From Vitrella brassicaformis CCMP3155 (Eukaryota; Protista; Chromerida): a DNA stretch of 64,000 nt. The position numbers and the translations under genes were made by a program. Shown here in pieces: positions 38,522 to 50,027 of this stretch. The notes under the pieces were generated by a model. The model was not told where the DNA came from. It saw nothing but the letters and a program-made list of their open reading frames with translations, and did not search any database. Within the stretch, counting starts at the first letter, position 1. Each line of letters begins with the position of its first letter. The DNA lies in NCBI GenBank assembly GCA_001179505.1, contig CDMY01000436.1, forward strand, positions 1 through 64,000. The letters are read 5' to 3'.

Positions 38522-39047
38522 ATGCAACACCGTACACACACACACACAATCATGAGTGCAAAGATACATGGCCGCCGAGGGTAGACGAAAGACACCAACT
38601 AAGAGATGCGTCCATCCATCCCATCTCTGTGTATGTGTATTGGTTTGATATGTGCTGCGTGAGCGTCTTTCAGATTGCTGTCTACATTTTATATTCCGAG
38701 GCTCATTGATTGTTCACCGCCACGCGCAATGGAGGCCAGTGCCAGCCGTCCATGCCGCGGGCCTGCTGGTCCACTCGGTAGCCACGCGCGGCCGGATGTG
38801 GCGACGCTCGTGGCTTGTATGATCACAGACCACTTGGCCGCTCACAGAATGCCTGACAGCAGCAGAGACACATCGAGAGAGACGTATCAGATTGGTCTGC
38901 AGGACGGCAGTCGACGGGCGCACGCAAGAAGCACGGCGACACGGAGCATCATGAGGCCTCTCATGACAGCCGCGGAGCAGCGTCTGTGTGTACACATAGA
39001 TGCACACAAACGCCTCTCTCTCTCTGTGGATGGATGGATGGATGCAG

Positions 39048-41009
39048 ACGGACAACACGCTGCTCGAGTATGAGCACCTGCCTGAAAGCGACGTGTGTGT
39101 GCTGCGCAGCCGTCTGGGTGATTTCGGCAATTCGTCAAGAGGGCCGGCGACGGGGTCAGTCCATCGCCACCAACAGAGAGAGAGAGAGAGAGACGCGGGT
39201 TTGGGTGTGCAAATGTCGTCTCCTCTTTGTCTCTCTGTCTCTCTGTCTGTCGGTCAGGCGCCGTTGCCTCGTGATGTACGCGGCTCCCGAGGTGCTCAAA
39301 GCAGGCGGCAAGCATACGCACCAGTCAGACGTGTTTTCGCTGGGTGACTGAAATGACAGATATCACACACACACACACACACACACGTGTGAATGCGACA
39401 GCCATGTGCACCCCTGTCTTTGTGTACCTGTGTGTGGGTCTGTGTCGTGCAACGCACAGGAATTATCATGTTCGGTGTGCTCACGTCGCGAGAGCCGTTC
39501 GACATCGCCAAGCGCTACGGCTGCCACGACAAGGACGCCGAGAAGGAACACATCAGGGTACGCACACAAACACACACACAGATGGTCGCCCGCCCACTGA
39601 ATGGATGACGTGTCTGTGTGTGCTGTGCTCGTTCCGAATGACTGACAGATGGCACAGGAGCTCAGCGAGGGCGACCCAGCTGGCCCAGGGGCGTACTACT
39701 GCGAGAGATCATGTCGTGCATGGCGGCGAAGGGCGTCCATGAGCACCGGCAGCCCGAGCTGGAGAAGCTGTTGGACATGCTGGGAATGTTCATGGCCAAG
39801 AACCCCGACGAGCGCCTCACGGCTACCGAGGTAGGTCACATGTTTGTCTGTTTGGGTGTACCCACATGTGAATGGATGAGAGAGAGAGGGATGCACGCAG
39901 GAGGGGCAGACAGCTCACGGCCAAACAACCACTTGAGTCGTTGTCTGTTCTTTTGTCCGTGCGATGCGCATTGCCTGGATGGATGGATGGATGATTATGC
40001 TCAGGCGACGGACCCCCGGTGCACTCATCCGGCAGTGCTGGAGGTGCGGCGCATCAGGGACAACATGCTGGCGGGCAAGAGCGAGCACGATCGGGAGGAG
40101 AGGAAGTTGATAGAGGGACGACCCAACGACATGACGTAGGCGGGGAGGGAGGGAGGGGTTGATGCACGGCTGAAGCGACACACATACATCCGTGTCTGTG
40201 TGTCGTTGGTGTGTGTGTGTGTGTGTGCAGAGCGGCGCCATCGAAGCGTGCCCCCCTGCCCAGCCGCAAAGACCCGCGTCGCATCCAGAAGCAGGTACAT
40301 ACGCCTTCTCGGGTGTGTGTGAGGGATTGGTGTCTGTTTGCGTTGGGGACGCACACACAAACGGATGCATTTGCTTTGTTTCTTCCCTGCCTGTCTGCCT
40401 ACCTGCCTGCCTGTCTGTCTGTCTGTCTGTCTGTCTGTCTGCAGGCCCTCATCGATCGAGCCCTCAAGGACGAATGCGCCAAGCACGGTAATGCACACAG
40501 ACGCACAGACAGACAGACAGAGAAACAGGTGTATATGTGTGTGGTTTGGCTTGGTGTGGCGTGGTGTTTGTGTGTGCATGCAGGAGTTGAGTTCAAGCGC
40601 TTCACCATCACCTGTGGCCCCAACATGCCTACCCACATCAGCCACTTGGGCGCCATGTACCTCTTCAAGTGCAGCGATGACATCGTGCGCGACCTCCGCG
40701 TGCGTCTGTAGGACCACTCCCTGGAAGGTAGGTGAGAACAGACAAGAGAACCACGCAGCCAGGAGCACACTCGTCCATCCATCCATCCATCCATATATGT
40801 TGTGTCGGTCCTCTCATTTGATGTCTGTCTTCTCAGTCCTGCTGTGCAACTGGAAGAGGCAGCCGGCCGACTGGATGACCTGCCAGGCCTCCAGCACCTT
40901 CAGTCTACCGCCTCCACGCCAAACGAGCGCCTCTCGCCGGGGCGCCGGCAAGATGACTCGCCGGGCCAGCATCAGGAAGCTGATAGAAGGGCCGATGACC
41001 AAGAAGTAG
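39048..41009 (+). pseudogene. Partial protein kinase (C-lobe only), probable pseudogene
   Basis: Spliced DNTLL...RLGDFG...|RRCLVMYAAPEVLK...HQSDVFSLG|IIMFGVLTSREPF...KNPDERLTATE gives subdomains VIb(end)-XI; no Gly-loop, VAIK or clear HRD found upstream; in-frame TAG at 40709-40711 just before a good donor. Confidence 0.7.
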
Positions 41010-41166
41010 GCGGGCACGCAGGCAGGGAAGCGACACTCATCCATACACACATACATCCATGTTTGTGTGTCATCGGGGTGTGTGTGTGTGTGTGTGTCAG
41101 ATCGCTGCTTACATATTATATCTGTGGGTCCCTTCACTCTGAGCGGACAGAACCACCTGCAGCAGC

Positions 41167-43020
41167 ATGGCGACAAGGCGGAGTTTGAGGAGGGCACGCA
41201 GCTGGGTCAAGGGAAGGGGGAGCCCGTGGTGCTGGGGCAGCTCCGCCGGCCTCTCCCGAGTGGCGTCGGGATGCCGGTCAGCGTGGCGATCAAGCGCGTG
41301 ACGCTGATTGAGGAGGAGCATCTCAGCGGGCAAGGCCTCAGGCAGCAGAGGAACGAAATCGCCGAGCTTCAGGCCGAGGCCAAGGCGCTGCGGCGGATGG
41401 AGGGGTGGCCGCCCTTCATCCGCCTCATCGCAGCCAACACGGACCCCTCCAGGCCCGCCACCCTCGAGAAGCCCGACGCCACCAAGAGCAAGGTGCTCTG
41501 CATAGCTATGGAGCCGCTGGGTGAGTGAACCACACACAGCACGCGCACACACATTTGGATGCACCATGGGGGCAAGGAAGATCAGGCCAAAGCAGATCAG
41601 ACCAGCGGGATGACGGAAAGACCCTTCAATCACTGTTCTCCCTGTTTGTTGTGTGTGTTGCTCATGGTGCTGCAGGGAGCGACTTCGTGGAGGGATGCAA
41701 GCTGTTCGGCCTTCTGGGAGCCAACAGCCGCCCCATGAACGCGCGGGCCATCTGGCTGCGATTCCAGGCCAGCATTGCCGCCAAGAGCCTGGACGAGAGG
41801 GCGAAGGAGCTGCAGCAGGACCTAATCGTCCTCACCAAGGCCCTCGCCATGATCGTCCAGGCGCAGAGGGGGGCCGTGTCCCGCGGGACGCTGCACCCAG
41901 ACGCGCCGGCCAAGAACGTGATGCTGCCCCAGAGCGTCCTCGGCGGCGACCGGCCCCTGCAGCCATATCCGGCTGACAATGGGCAGAGGTTGATAGACCT
42001 GGCCAGTCTCGTCAATCTCGGCACACAGGACAGCGGCACCACCACCACCAGCAGCAGCAGCAGGACGAACGACGGCCCACCGCCCTTCCTGGGCAAGAGG
42101 TGCCAGACGGCCCTTGTGCCACTCGACCCGGAGAAGCAGCGCGCGAGCCTGCAGATCGCCGGCAGCACGCCCTTTTATCGAGACCCCGAGCTCATCCTCC
42201 TCGGCCTGGAGCACGACCAGCCGGAGCTGCGGACGACTCCATCCCGGTGCTGGCGGCCAGGGCCAAGGTGCGGGGCGCCGCACGTGACAAGGGGGTGCTG
42301 GTGGGGACGGGCGACAGGGAGGGGGCTTGGGTGGGGGTCCCAGCAGCTGTCCATTCGGTGGGAATGGCCATCTCCGCCGCGGCCTCACGCGGCTGGAGCA
42401 TTGAGGGGGCGCTGGGGCAAGGGGAGGACGTCGACGTCTGGGAGGCGGGGCGGTGGCAGACAGTGGAGATGCTCACCATCTCCGGCCAGAGCGACGGCAA
42501 GCTCTTCCTGAAGGACGGCGGCCGTCCTGTCTACCCCGACGGCAAGGTCCAGAGCCCCCTGGACAACGTCGGCCTGGCCTTCGTCGACGAGTGGTCGGCC
42601 ATCATCTGCGACGTGGTCGCCAAGGGCACCAAGCTGCACGAGGGTGACAGGCTGACGCTCAAGGAAGTGGAGGACCGGCTGTTCGAGGCGCTGCGTCTGC
42701 TGGAGGCCCCCGACCTCCAGCTGACTGCACCCAGCGGCCATGCCTTCCGGCAGCAGCAGACGGCCAGCCCCTCGCCACCGCCAGACGACGCACACCCCTA
42801 CCACAGCCCCGAGGACGACAGGCGAGAGGAGCAGGCGCCACCACAGCCACAGCAGCCGGCGCAAGACGTGCAGGCCGTCATCGCCACGCAGGAGCAGCCA
42901 CCAGTGAGCCGGAGCACCACCCAGCCCCACCACCCCTCCCCACCCCCCCGAGACAGGACCTTCGCGAGCAAGGATGCCTTGCCGCTCTCTCACGGTCGTC
43001 GTGGCCCTCCTCTCTCTCTC
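41167..43020 (+). pseudogene. Divergent protein kinase-like gene copy A, frameshifted
   Basis: LGQGKGEPVV (Gly loop), VAIK, ELQAEAKAL (alphaC), HPDAPAKN (catalytic loop), IDLA (DFG position), YRDPE (APE), AVHSVGMAI (IX). ATG 41167 is out of frame with KAEFEEG, and the frame breaks again at ~42205-42230; intron 41521-41675. Confidence 0.8.
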
Positions 43021-43739
43021 TCGCTGGCCTTTCAGCCCCTCCTAATGCGTCGCCGACTGACGTTCGTCGTCACGGCACGGACCGAGGTGGGTGGATCGCA
43101 TCCATCCACGTGCGTCTGCATTCATGGTACTCACAACACGACGACACACACACGACACATCAAGGCATCTTTCCGTCATCCACTGCGTTGTCTGTCTGGG
43201 TGTGCCTCAGGTGGTCAAACCGCTCGCAGATATGTATCATGCCACAGGCGGAAGCGGTTCGTTCCTTCGCGGCGACTGACCCATCCGGATTGGTAAGTGC
43301 CTTCACATCAAGGAGGCATGACAGGGTGGCGGAGACATGTTTGGGATGGGCTTGGTGTGCCTGCAGATCGTTGTCTACATTTTATATCTCGGAGTGTCAT
43401 ATTCCATTACCATCGCTCGTGTCCTCCGGCCAAGCTGTCGGGGTGGCTGGCCAGATTGGGCCATCTACAGCTGCTGATGAGTCCCCTTCACTTATGTGAT
43501 TCAGGTCAGCAGAGAGCCCCGCACCAGAGCCCCGCACCAGCCGAAGGTTGGCACGAATTTCCAGGCGAGAGCCAGAGAACAGGTAAGACGGGTAAGGGTG
43601 CAGTTAGCCAGGTGGGGGAGACAACAGAGAGAACAAGGCAGCGCCGCACCAATGTACGTGTCTGATGTGTGTGTGTGTGTGTGTGTGTGCACCTTCGCAG
43701 CAGAAGCAGGAGCAGCAGACAGCAGCTGATAGCAGCAGG

Positions 43740-46428
43740 ATGCCGAAGGGCACCATCAACTTCAGTAGCGGCTTAAAGGCCGAGTTTGAGGAGGGCACGC
43801 AGCTGGGCAAGGGCAAGGGGGAGCCCGTCGTCATGGCCAAGCTCTGGCGGCCACTGCGTGATGCCCGTCAGAGCGGCCATCAAGCGGCTCACCCTCCACG
43901 AGGACCCACGCCTGCGGCACCTGCAGAAGCGGGACATCACCGAGCTGCGGCAGGAGGCCAAGACGATGAGGAAGATGATCGGCCGGGCGCCATTCATCAA
44001 GCTCATCGCAGCCGACACAGACGACACCAAGCCGGCCGAGTATGTGAGTAGCGACGGGGTCAAGATGCCGGTGCTGTGCGCAGCTATGGAGGCACTCGGT
44101 GAGTGAGCCCTACACACAGCACGCACATATGCGTCAGATCAGATCAGACGAGCGAGATGAAGGGGATGAAGGGTCATTCATCGTGTCAGTCAGTCATTGT
44201 TTTCTCCCTGTCTGTCTGTTGTGTGGTGTGTGCGTCATGTCCCGCATTGCATGCAGAGGGCAGCCAATTCGAGGAGATTAAGAAGGTCTTCGGGTTCGTC
44301 CCTGGTAGCCTCGGCTACAACGCGCGGGCCATCCACGAGCGTTTCGCGGCCACCGGCGGAGCAGCTCCGCCAGGACCTCATCGTCCTGACCAAGGCACTG
44401 GCCATGGTCGTGCAGGCGCACCGGGGAGCCGTGTGGCGCGGCGGGCTGCACCAGGACGGCTTCAACAAGAACATCATGCTGCCCAAGGCCGTCCTCAGAG
44501 GCGAGCGCGCCCTCAAGCCGTACCCGGCTGACAATGGCCAGAGGATGATAGACCTGGCCAACGTCATCCATCTCGGCGCCACCACCACCAGAACCGGCAG
44601 CGGGAGCAGCAGCAGCGGGAGCAGCAGCAGCAGCGGCCCACCCCCGCGCTTCGTGGGCAAACCCGCCCGCACCGCCCTCGTGCCCTTGGACCCTGAGCAG
44701 CAGCAACGGCGAGGGCAGATCGCCGGCAACACGGCCTTCTTCAGGTCGCCCGAGCTCATCATGATCACCACGCGCCACGGTGACGCCGCGCCCGACGGGC
44801 TCCAGCCGAAGGATGGCGAGTCGGCTGAGGTCCAGGCGCAGAAGGCGGCGCTCATCGCGGCGAGGGCCGAGGTGCGGGACGACCTGCGGATAGAGACACA
44901 GCTGAAGGTCACGTGCGACATTGTCTTGATGATGTGTATGTGTCTTCAGATCGCTGCCTACAGCTTTATATCTGGCGACCTCTTGTCTCTGCACTGTGGG
45001 CACTGTCGTGCAATTGGTCACAGGTCGAGCTCAGACAGTTGCAAACACACATACAGAATACCCGAGACATTGTTCTGATGTTGTTTGTGCCTTTAGACTG
45101 CTGCCTACACGGAGAGAGAGAGACAGACGCTCCCCAGTAACCAGCCCACTAAACAGCCACAGCCCTCCACATGCCTGTCGTCCCGAGTTCCGGCTACCAA
45201 CTACGACAAGGAGCACCGCGGCAGCCTCCAGGATGTCGAGGACACCCTCTTCGCCCTCCTCATTGCCGAGGTGCGGGACGACCTGCGAGAGAGGTGGCTG
45301 CTGGTGGGGAAGGGCAAGGAGGAGGGCATCTGGGCGGGCGTGCCGGCTGCAGTCCACGGCGTAGGGCTGCTCATAGCCGCAGCGGGGACGCTCGGCTGGA
45401 GCATCGAGGGGCCGGTGACGGAGGGGGAGGACCAGCAGCTATGGGACAACACGAGGCGGTGGCAGGTGGTGGAGATGCTGTCGGTGTCCGGCTTCACCGA
45501 CGGCAAGGACTTCATGAAAGAGGACGGCCGCCCCAACAGCGTCGACGGCTGCCCCCTGGACAAAGTCAAGCTTGCCTTTGTCCAGAAGTGGCATGACTGC
45601 ATTTGCGCCATCGCCGCCAAGGCCACCAACTTCGAGGAGCAGGACCGCGGCACCCTCAAGGACGTCGAGGACGCCCTCTTCGCCGCGCTGAAGGTGCTCG
45701 AGCGGGCGAAACCCACTGCGTCGACTGCCCACACCACTCAGCACCCCACCCACGGCCGCCGCAGCACCTTCTGAAGACGCCAACCACGCCGAACAGCAGC
45801 AACAGCAACAGCAGCAGCAGCAGATGGTGAGTGAGGCCGCCCCAGCCGGACCGCAGCAGCCATGCGTGAGCCGGGCCACCTCAGAGCCCGAGCTGCCCGA
45901 TGACGCCCGCCCACAGCACCCGCACATCAGCATCGCCGCGCGCATCGCCATGCCATGGCACCCACCAGCCCCTGCCCCGCTTGCCAAGCCATCTGGGGAC
46001 TGCATCGATGTTGGTGACGAGGAGGAGGATTACGAGGACGAGGAGGCCGACAACACGCCCCCGCAGCACCGCAGCACCAGCCACCCCACCCACAGCTGCA
46101 CACGCCCCTCCAGTGCCGATGCGCCCCACCCCCAGCCACATGGCCCCACCGCCACCGGCATATGTGCCATATCATGGCATCATTATGCAGACGGGGGGGG
46201 CCCATCAACCACGCCCGAGAGGCCCACTGGCGGCCCAGCGAGTGGACAGGGGAGTGGGAGTACTGGCAGCCATACGAGGACTGCCAGCGCCGAGGCCTGT
46301 GGATCGTGAGGTCCGCCACACAGGACCTTACCATGCGCAGCTGGGCCGTCGTCACCGACGTCATGGAGGGCGTAGAAAAGATAGGAACGGGCATCGCCAA
46401 CGCCATCGCAGGCCTGTTCGGGCAGTGA
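43740..46428 (+). pseudogene. Divergent protein kinase-like gene copy B, multiple frameshifts and an internal insertion
   Basis: MPKGTINFSSGLKAEFEEGTQLGKGKGEPVV, AAIK, HQDGFNKN, IDLA, FRSPE, AVHGVGLLI; intron 44099-44256 in the same position and phase as in copy A; ~11-nt and ~26-nt deletions relative to copy A at ~43857 and ~44354; insertion at 44889-45264; further frame changes in the tail. Confidence 0.8.
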
Positions 46429-47687
46429 GGAGGAGAGAGGGGGGAATGGCCTAAGATAGATAAGGCCGAGGGAGCAGAGCAGCAGCAACAGCAACAGCAG
46501 CTGTGAGATGGAGAAGAGACACAGTTGGAGATTACCGGACGGAGACATGGTCTTGATGATGTGCGCATGTGTGTGTGTGTGTGCCTTCTGCAGATCGCTG
46601 CGTACATTTTATATCCGACGGCCTCTTTTCTCTACATTCCGTGTTGGCTGCCTTGTCGGCCCCGCTCGAGACAGCCGCTGTCGGTCCCGCGTAAGCAACA
46701 CAACACCAACAGAAAGGGTGTCCCATGCCTGTGTGTATGGTGTGCTCTGTTCCTGCGTGTGTGTGCTGCTGCAGGTGACGATGTGTGTGGGTGTGCCGGC
46801 CTAAGTACGTAATGCGAGGAACCCCCTAACTCGACATGCAATACGCCAGTTCAGGTGAGATGAGGACAGAGAGGATCGCATCGCGTGTCGACTCACACAC
46901 AAGTGTGCTGCTGTGCTGGGTGCAGCTGGCTTTCTTTTTGCTCACTACTGCTCCATCAAGAGGGCCCGCATTTGCTCTGTTACGCTCCATTTTGCATGAG
47001 TGAGACAGTGGCGAGTGACGTGAATAAAGTCGGCGTGTATGGACGAGTACGTGTGCGCTGTGGCTGCTGCTGGGGTGGATGGTCGATGGAGGGTGACGGG
47101 ATGGTGGGTGCACAGAATGAATGAACCAGCTCACGATGACCATTATCAAAAGAAGAAGATGTGTGCCGTTGACGCATACACATTCGAGCATCGGTCACTG
47201 CGCTCGCCACGAGCTGTCATCCATCTGGCGCTGCAGACGGATGACACCGAGTGGCCAACGACAGCAAAGAATCGCAACAATGAGCCAACGATACACACAG
47301 CATTTGTCGAGTCCATGGACGTGCTTGCACAGTGTGTCAGCCAGCCATCCTGTGTGGGCATCGTCTACTGTGACGTCAAGAGACGATTGCATCATGAGCG
47401 AAGAGATGCGACCGCCGTTGCCGACACGGAGGACGATCCACACACAGGACAGCTTGCACACATGGCATGCAGAAATCGAATTGACCGGAACACCAGAGTC
47501 TTCGTTGTTTCTGTGCCGACATCCCGACACAGACAACCCATGGAACCGAATCAGCCACACTCTTAAATGACGGCCGACTCCCTCCCTCCCTCGCTCAACA
47601 TCTACACAGCCAGCATATATATCAGCCCTCCCCTCCCTCTCCCCTTCGTATGCACACGGCCCCCTCTCCCCCCCTCCACCCCCTCTC

Positions 47688-48330
47688 TTAAACGGCATAC
47701 AGTGCGAACACGTTTGCCTGCCACGGGTGCAGCTTGAACCACACGCCCTTGTGCTGCGCCTCGCCGATCCTCCGCCCGTAGTTCTCGATGCCCAGCAGCC
47801 CGTGCAGCAGCACCTCCGGCTGGTCGCGCGTCTTGTGCGGCGGCACCGTCGCCAGATATGACGGCAGCTTGTCCGTCACCTGGCCAGGGAATTTGACGTG
47901 GCAGACGGCCTCGTGGCCGCTGAAGTTGCTCACGCACAGCAACGGGCACGCGTAGTACACGCCGCGGAATCCGGCCGGGTCGATGATGGGCCGGCCGCTC
48001 TCGTCGGTCAGCTCGGTGGTGGCCGTGGTCTCTGGCACGGCCTTGAGGGGCAGCGGTGGGGCCCAGAAGTGGGCGATGACGTTGTGCCAGGAGTCGTTGC
48101 CCTCGCCGCCGGCGTACACCTCTGCCTTGATCCAGTCGCCGTTGCGGATGGCGGGGCGGCGCAGGATGTCGAGGATGCTCATGTACAGGCCACTTGCCTC
48201 GGGGTTGGGCGCCTCGGGCGGACGCACCACTCGCTGCATCTCCAGGTGAAACTTGCGACCTGCAAAAAGGAGAGGGAGGGAGCAGGGGAAGGTGCCATCT
48301 TTGTTCCTCTCTCTCCCTCCTCTCTCTCTC

Positions 48331-48365
<35 letters not shown>

Positions 48366-49824
48366 GTTGTGCTTGCGGACCTTCGAGTTGTCCATCGTAG
48401 AAGAACCGGCAACCAGGCGACGTGAAGCAGGCGACGGCCGCGGCGCGATGCTCGTTGATGTGTTTGAAGGTGTCGGCCGAGCGGTCCTCGTCGTGATTCT
48501 CCAGGAAACGCACCAGCTTGGACTGATAGCCCAGATCTGCACCACACAACAACCAGAGAAAAAAGAGAAATACAGCCAGCCAGCCATTACTGATACATAC
48601 CCATTGGCCTGATCTCGCTTTCATCTCACTGACCTGCATGGAGGTGCATTCTGGCTTCATTGCCCTCTCTCAGCTTGAGCCGGTCGAACAGCCGTTTGTC
48701 GTAGCAGTAGTCGAAGCCCTGCTTCTGCAGGTGGAACTCCATGTCCCAGTACACCTCGGCCATGAAGATGAACTCGGGGTTCTTCGACTTGACGCTCTTG
48801 ATCGCCTTGGGCCAAAACTCCTGCACCAGCACCCACCCACCCACACACACCACACACAGGCAGAGAGAGGGGTGGTGTGCATATGTGAGCCGATCAGTGC
48901 CACTATGTCATTGTGTCACGCACCTCGAAGTGTCCGAGGTCTCTGCCCGTGGCCTGGTGGTAGAGGCCGCCCCAGGTCTTCCTGAAGATGTCGGTGGTGA
49001 CGAGCATGGCCATGTCGCACCGCACGCCGTCCGCCATGGTCGATATCTTCTCCAAAACCTCCGTCTGCTGCCGCCTCAGCGCCTCCTCGGCGTAGTTGAG
49101 CTGGCACGTGTCCTGCCACCCGTCGAAGTAGGGATCCTTGCCGTGGGCGAAGATCTTGCCATGGTGGCCCTTGAAGAAGTTCTGGGGCTGGGTGTGCAGC
49201 AGGTGGTCGTTGCCGGGGAAGATGAAGTGGGGCGAGTCCTGCACCCACGGATGGTCATGTGCGATGTGGTTCGGGATGAAGTCGACCAACAGACGCATGC
49301 CACGCTTGCCTGCTCGAGAGAGAAGACGCACATGCAGTGGGAGAAGGCTGTGGCAGGTGTGCTGGATTCCCTCCCTCCTCCCTCACCGAGTCTCATCCGC
49401 AGTGTCTTGAGGGCCTCATTGCCGCCGAAGTCGGAGTGGACGTCGTAGCCCGTGACGGAGAAGGGAGAGGAGCACACGTGGTCCTGAGGTGTCTGGGGCG
49501 AGATCTTCTTCATGTGCTTGCGGGCCTCCTCCAGAGACCTGCACGCGGCACGCATCCACGGTGACACATATAGTCCTTTCCCTCTGCCGGGCTGTGTTTC
49601 TTGCGCCGGTCGTCTCACCTCTGCCCTGTACTCCAGACGCCCAGCAGGTAGAAGATGTCGAAGCCCAGCGCCGAGATGCGGTCGAGGTACTCGTCTGGGA
49701 TGTCCTCGAGCGTCGCCTTCCTCTTGAGCACATGGCCGAGCTCGAACGTGATGATCCGCGCACTCACTTGGAACAGAGTGGGATGCTTTGGAAGGGGCCG
49801 GATAGAAGCAGATGGAGCGGACAT
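47688..49824 (-). CDS. Glycoside hydrolase family 13 (alpha-amylase family) enzyme
   Basis: Conserved regions LLVDFIPNH (I), DGVRCDMAML (II, nucleophile Asp), FMAEVYW (III, acid/base Glu), FLENHDE (IV), plus SPFSVTGYDVHSDFGG and HGKDPYFDGWQDTCQLNY; about 6 exons; no signal peptide. Confidence 0.93.
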
Positions 49825-50027
49825 CTTGGAAAACTGCAGATCTCTCCAGGCCTGCGACGCGAGCTTGGAAGCGCGCTTCCGTTGTTTTTTCCAGCTCTTC
49901 CCCCCTTTCCCTCCCTCCTCCTCCTTACTCTCGCTGTTACTCCTGCTCCTTAAAAGCATCCACATATCCGTCGGCGATGACTTCCAGAGCGGGCCCCCCT
50001 GGCCTGCCGTCTTTGCCACAGAGTTTG

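Noticed and set aside
47039-47566. 175-aa ORF between kinase array and GH13 as a gene or transposase relic
   Set aside because: No recognisable motif or convincing splice context.
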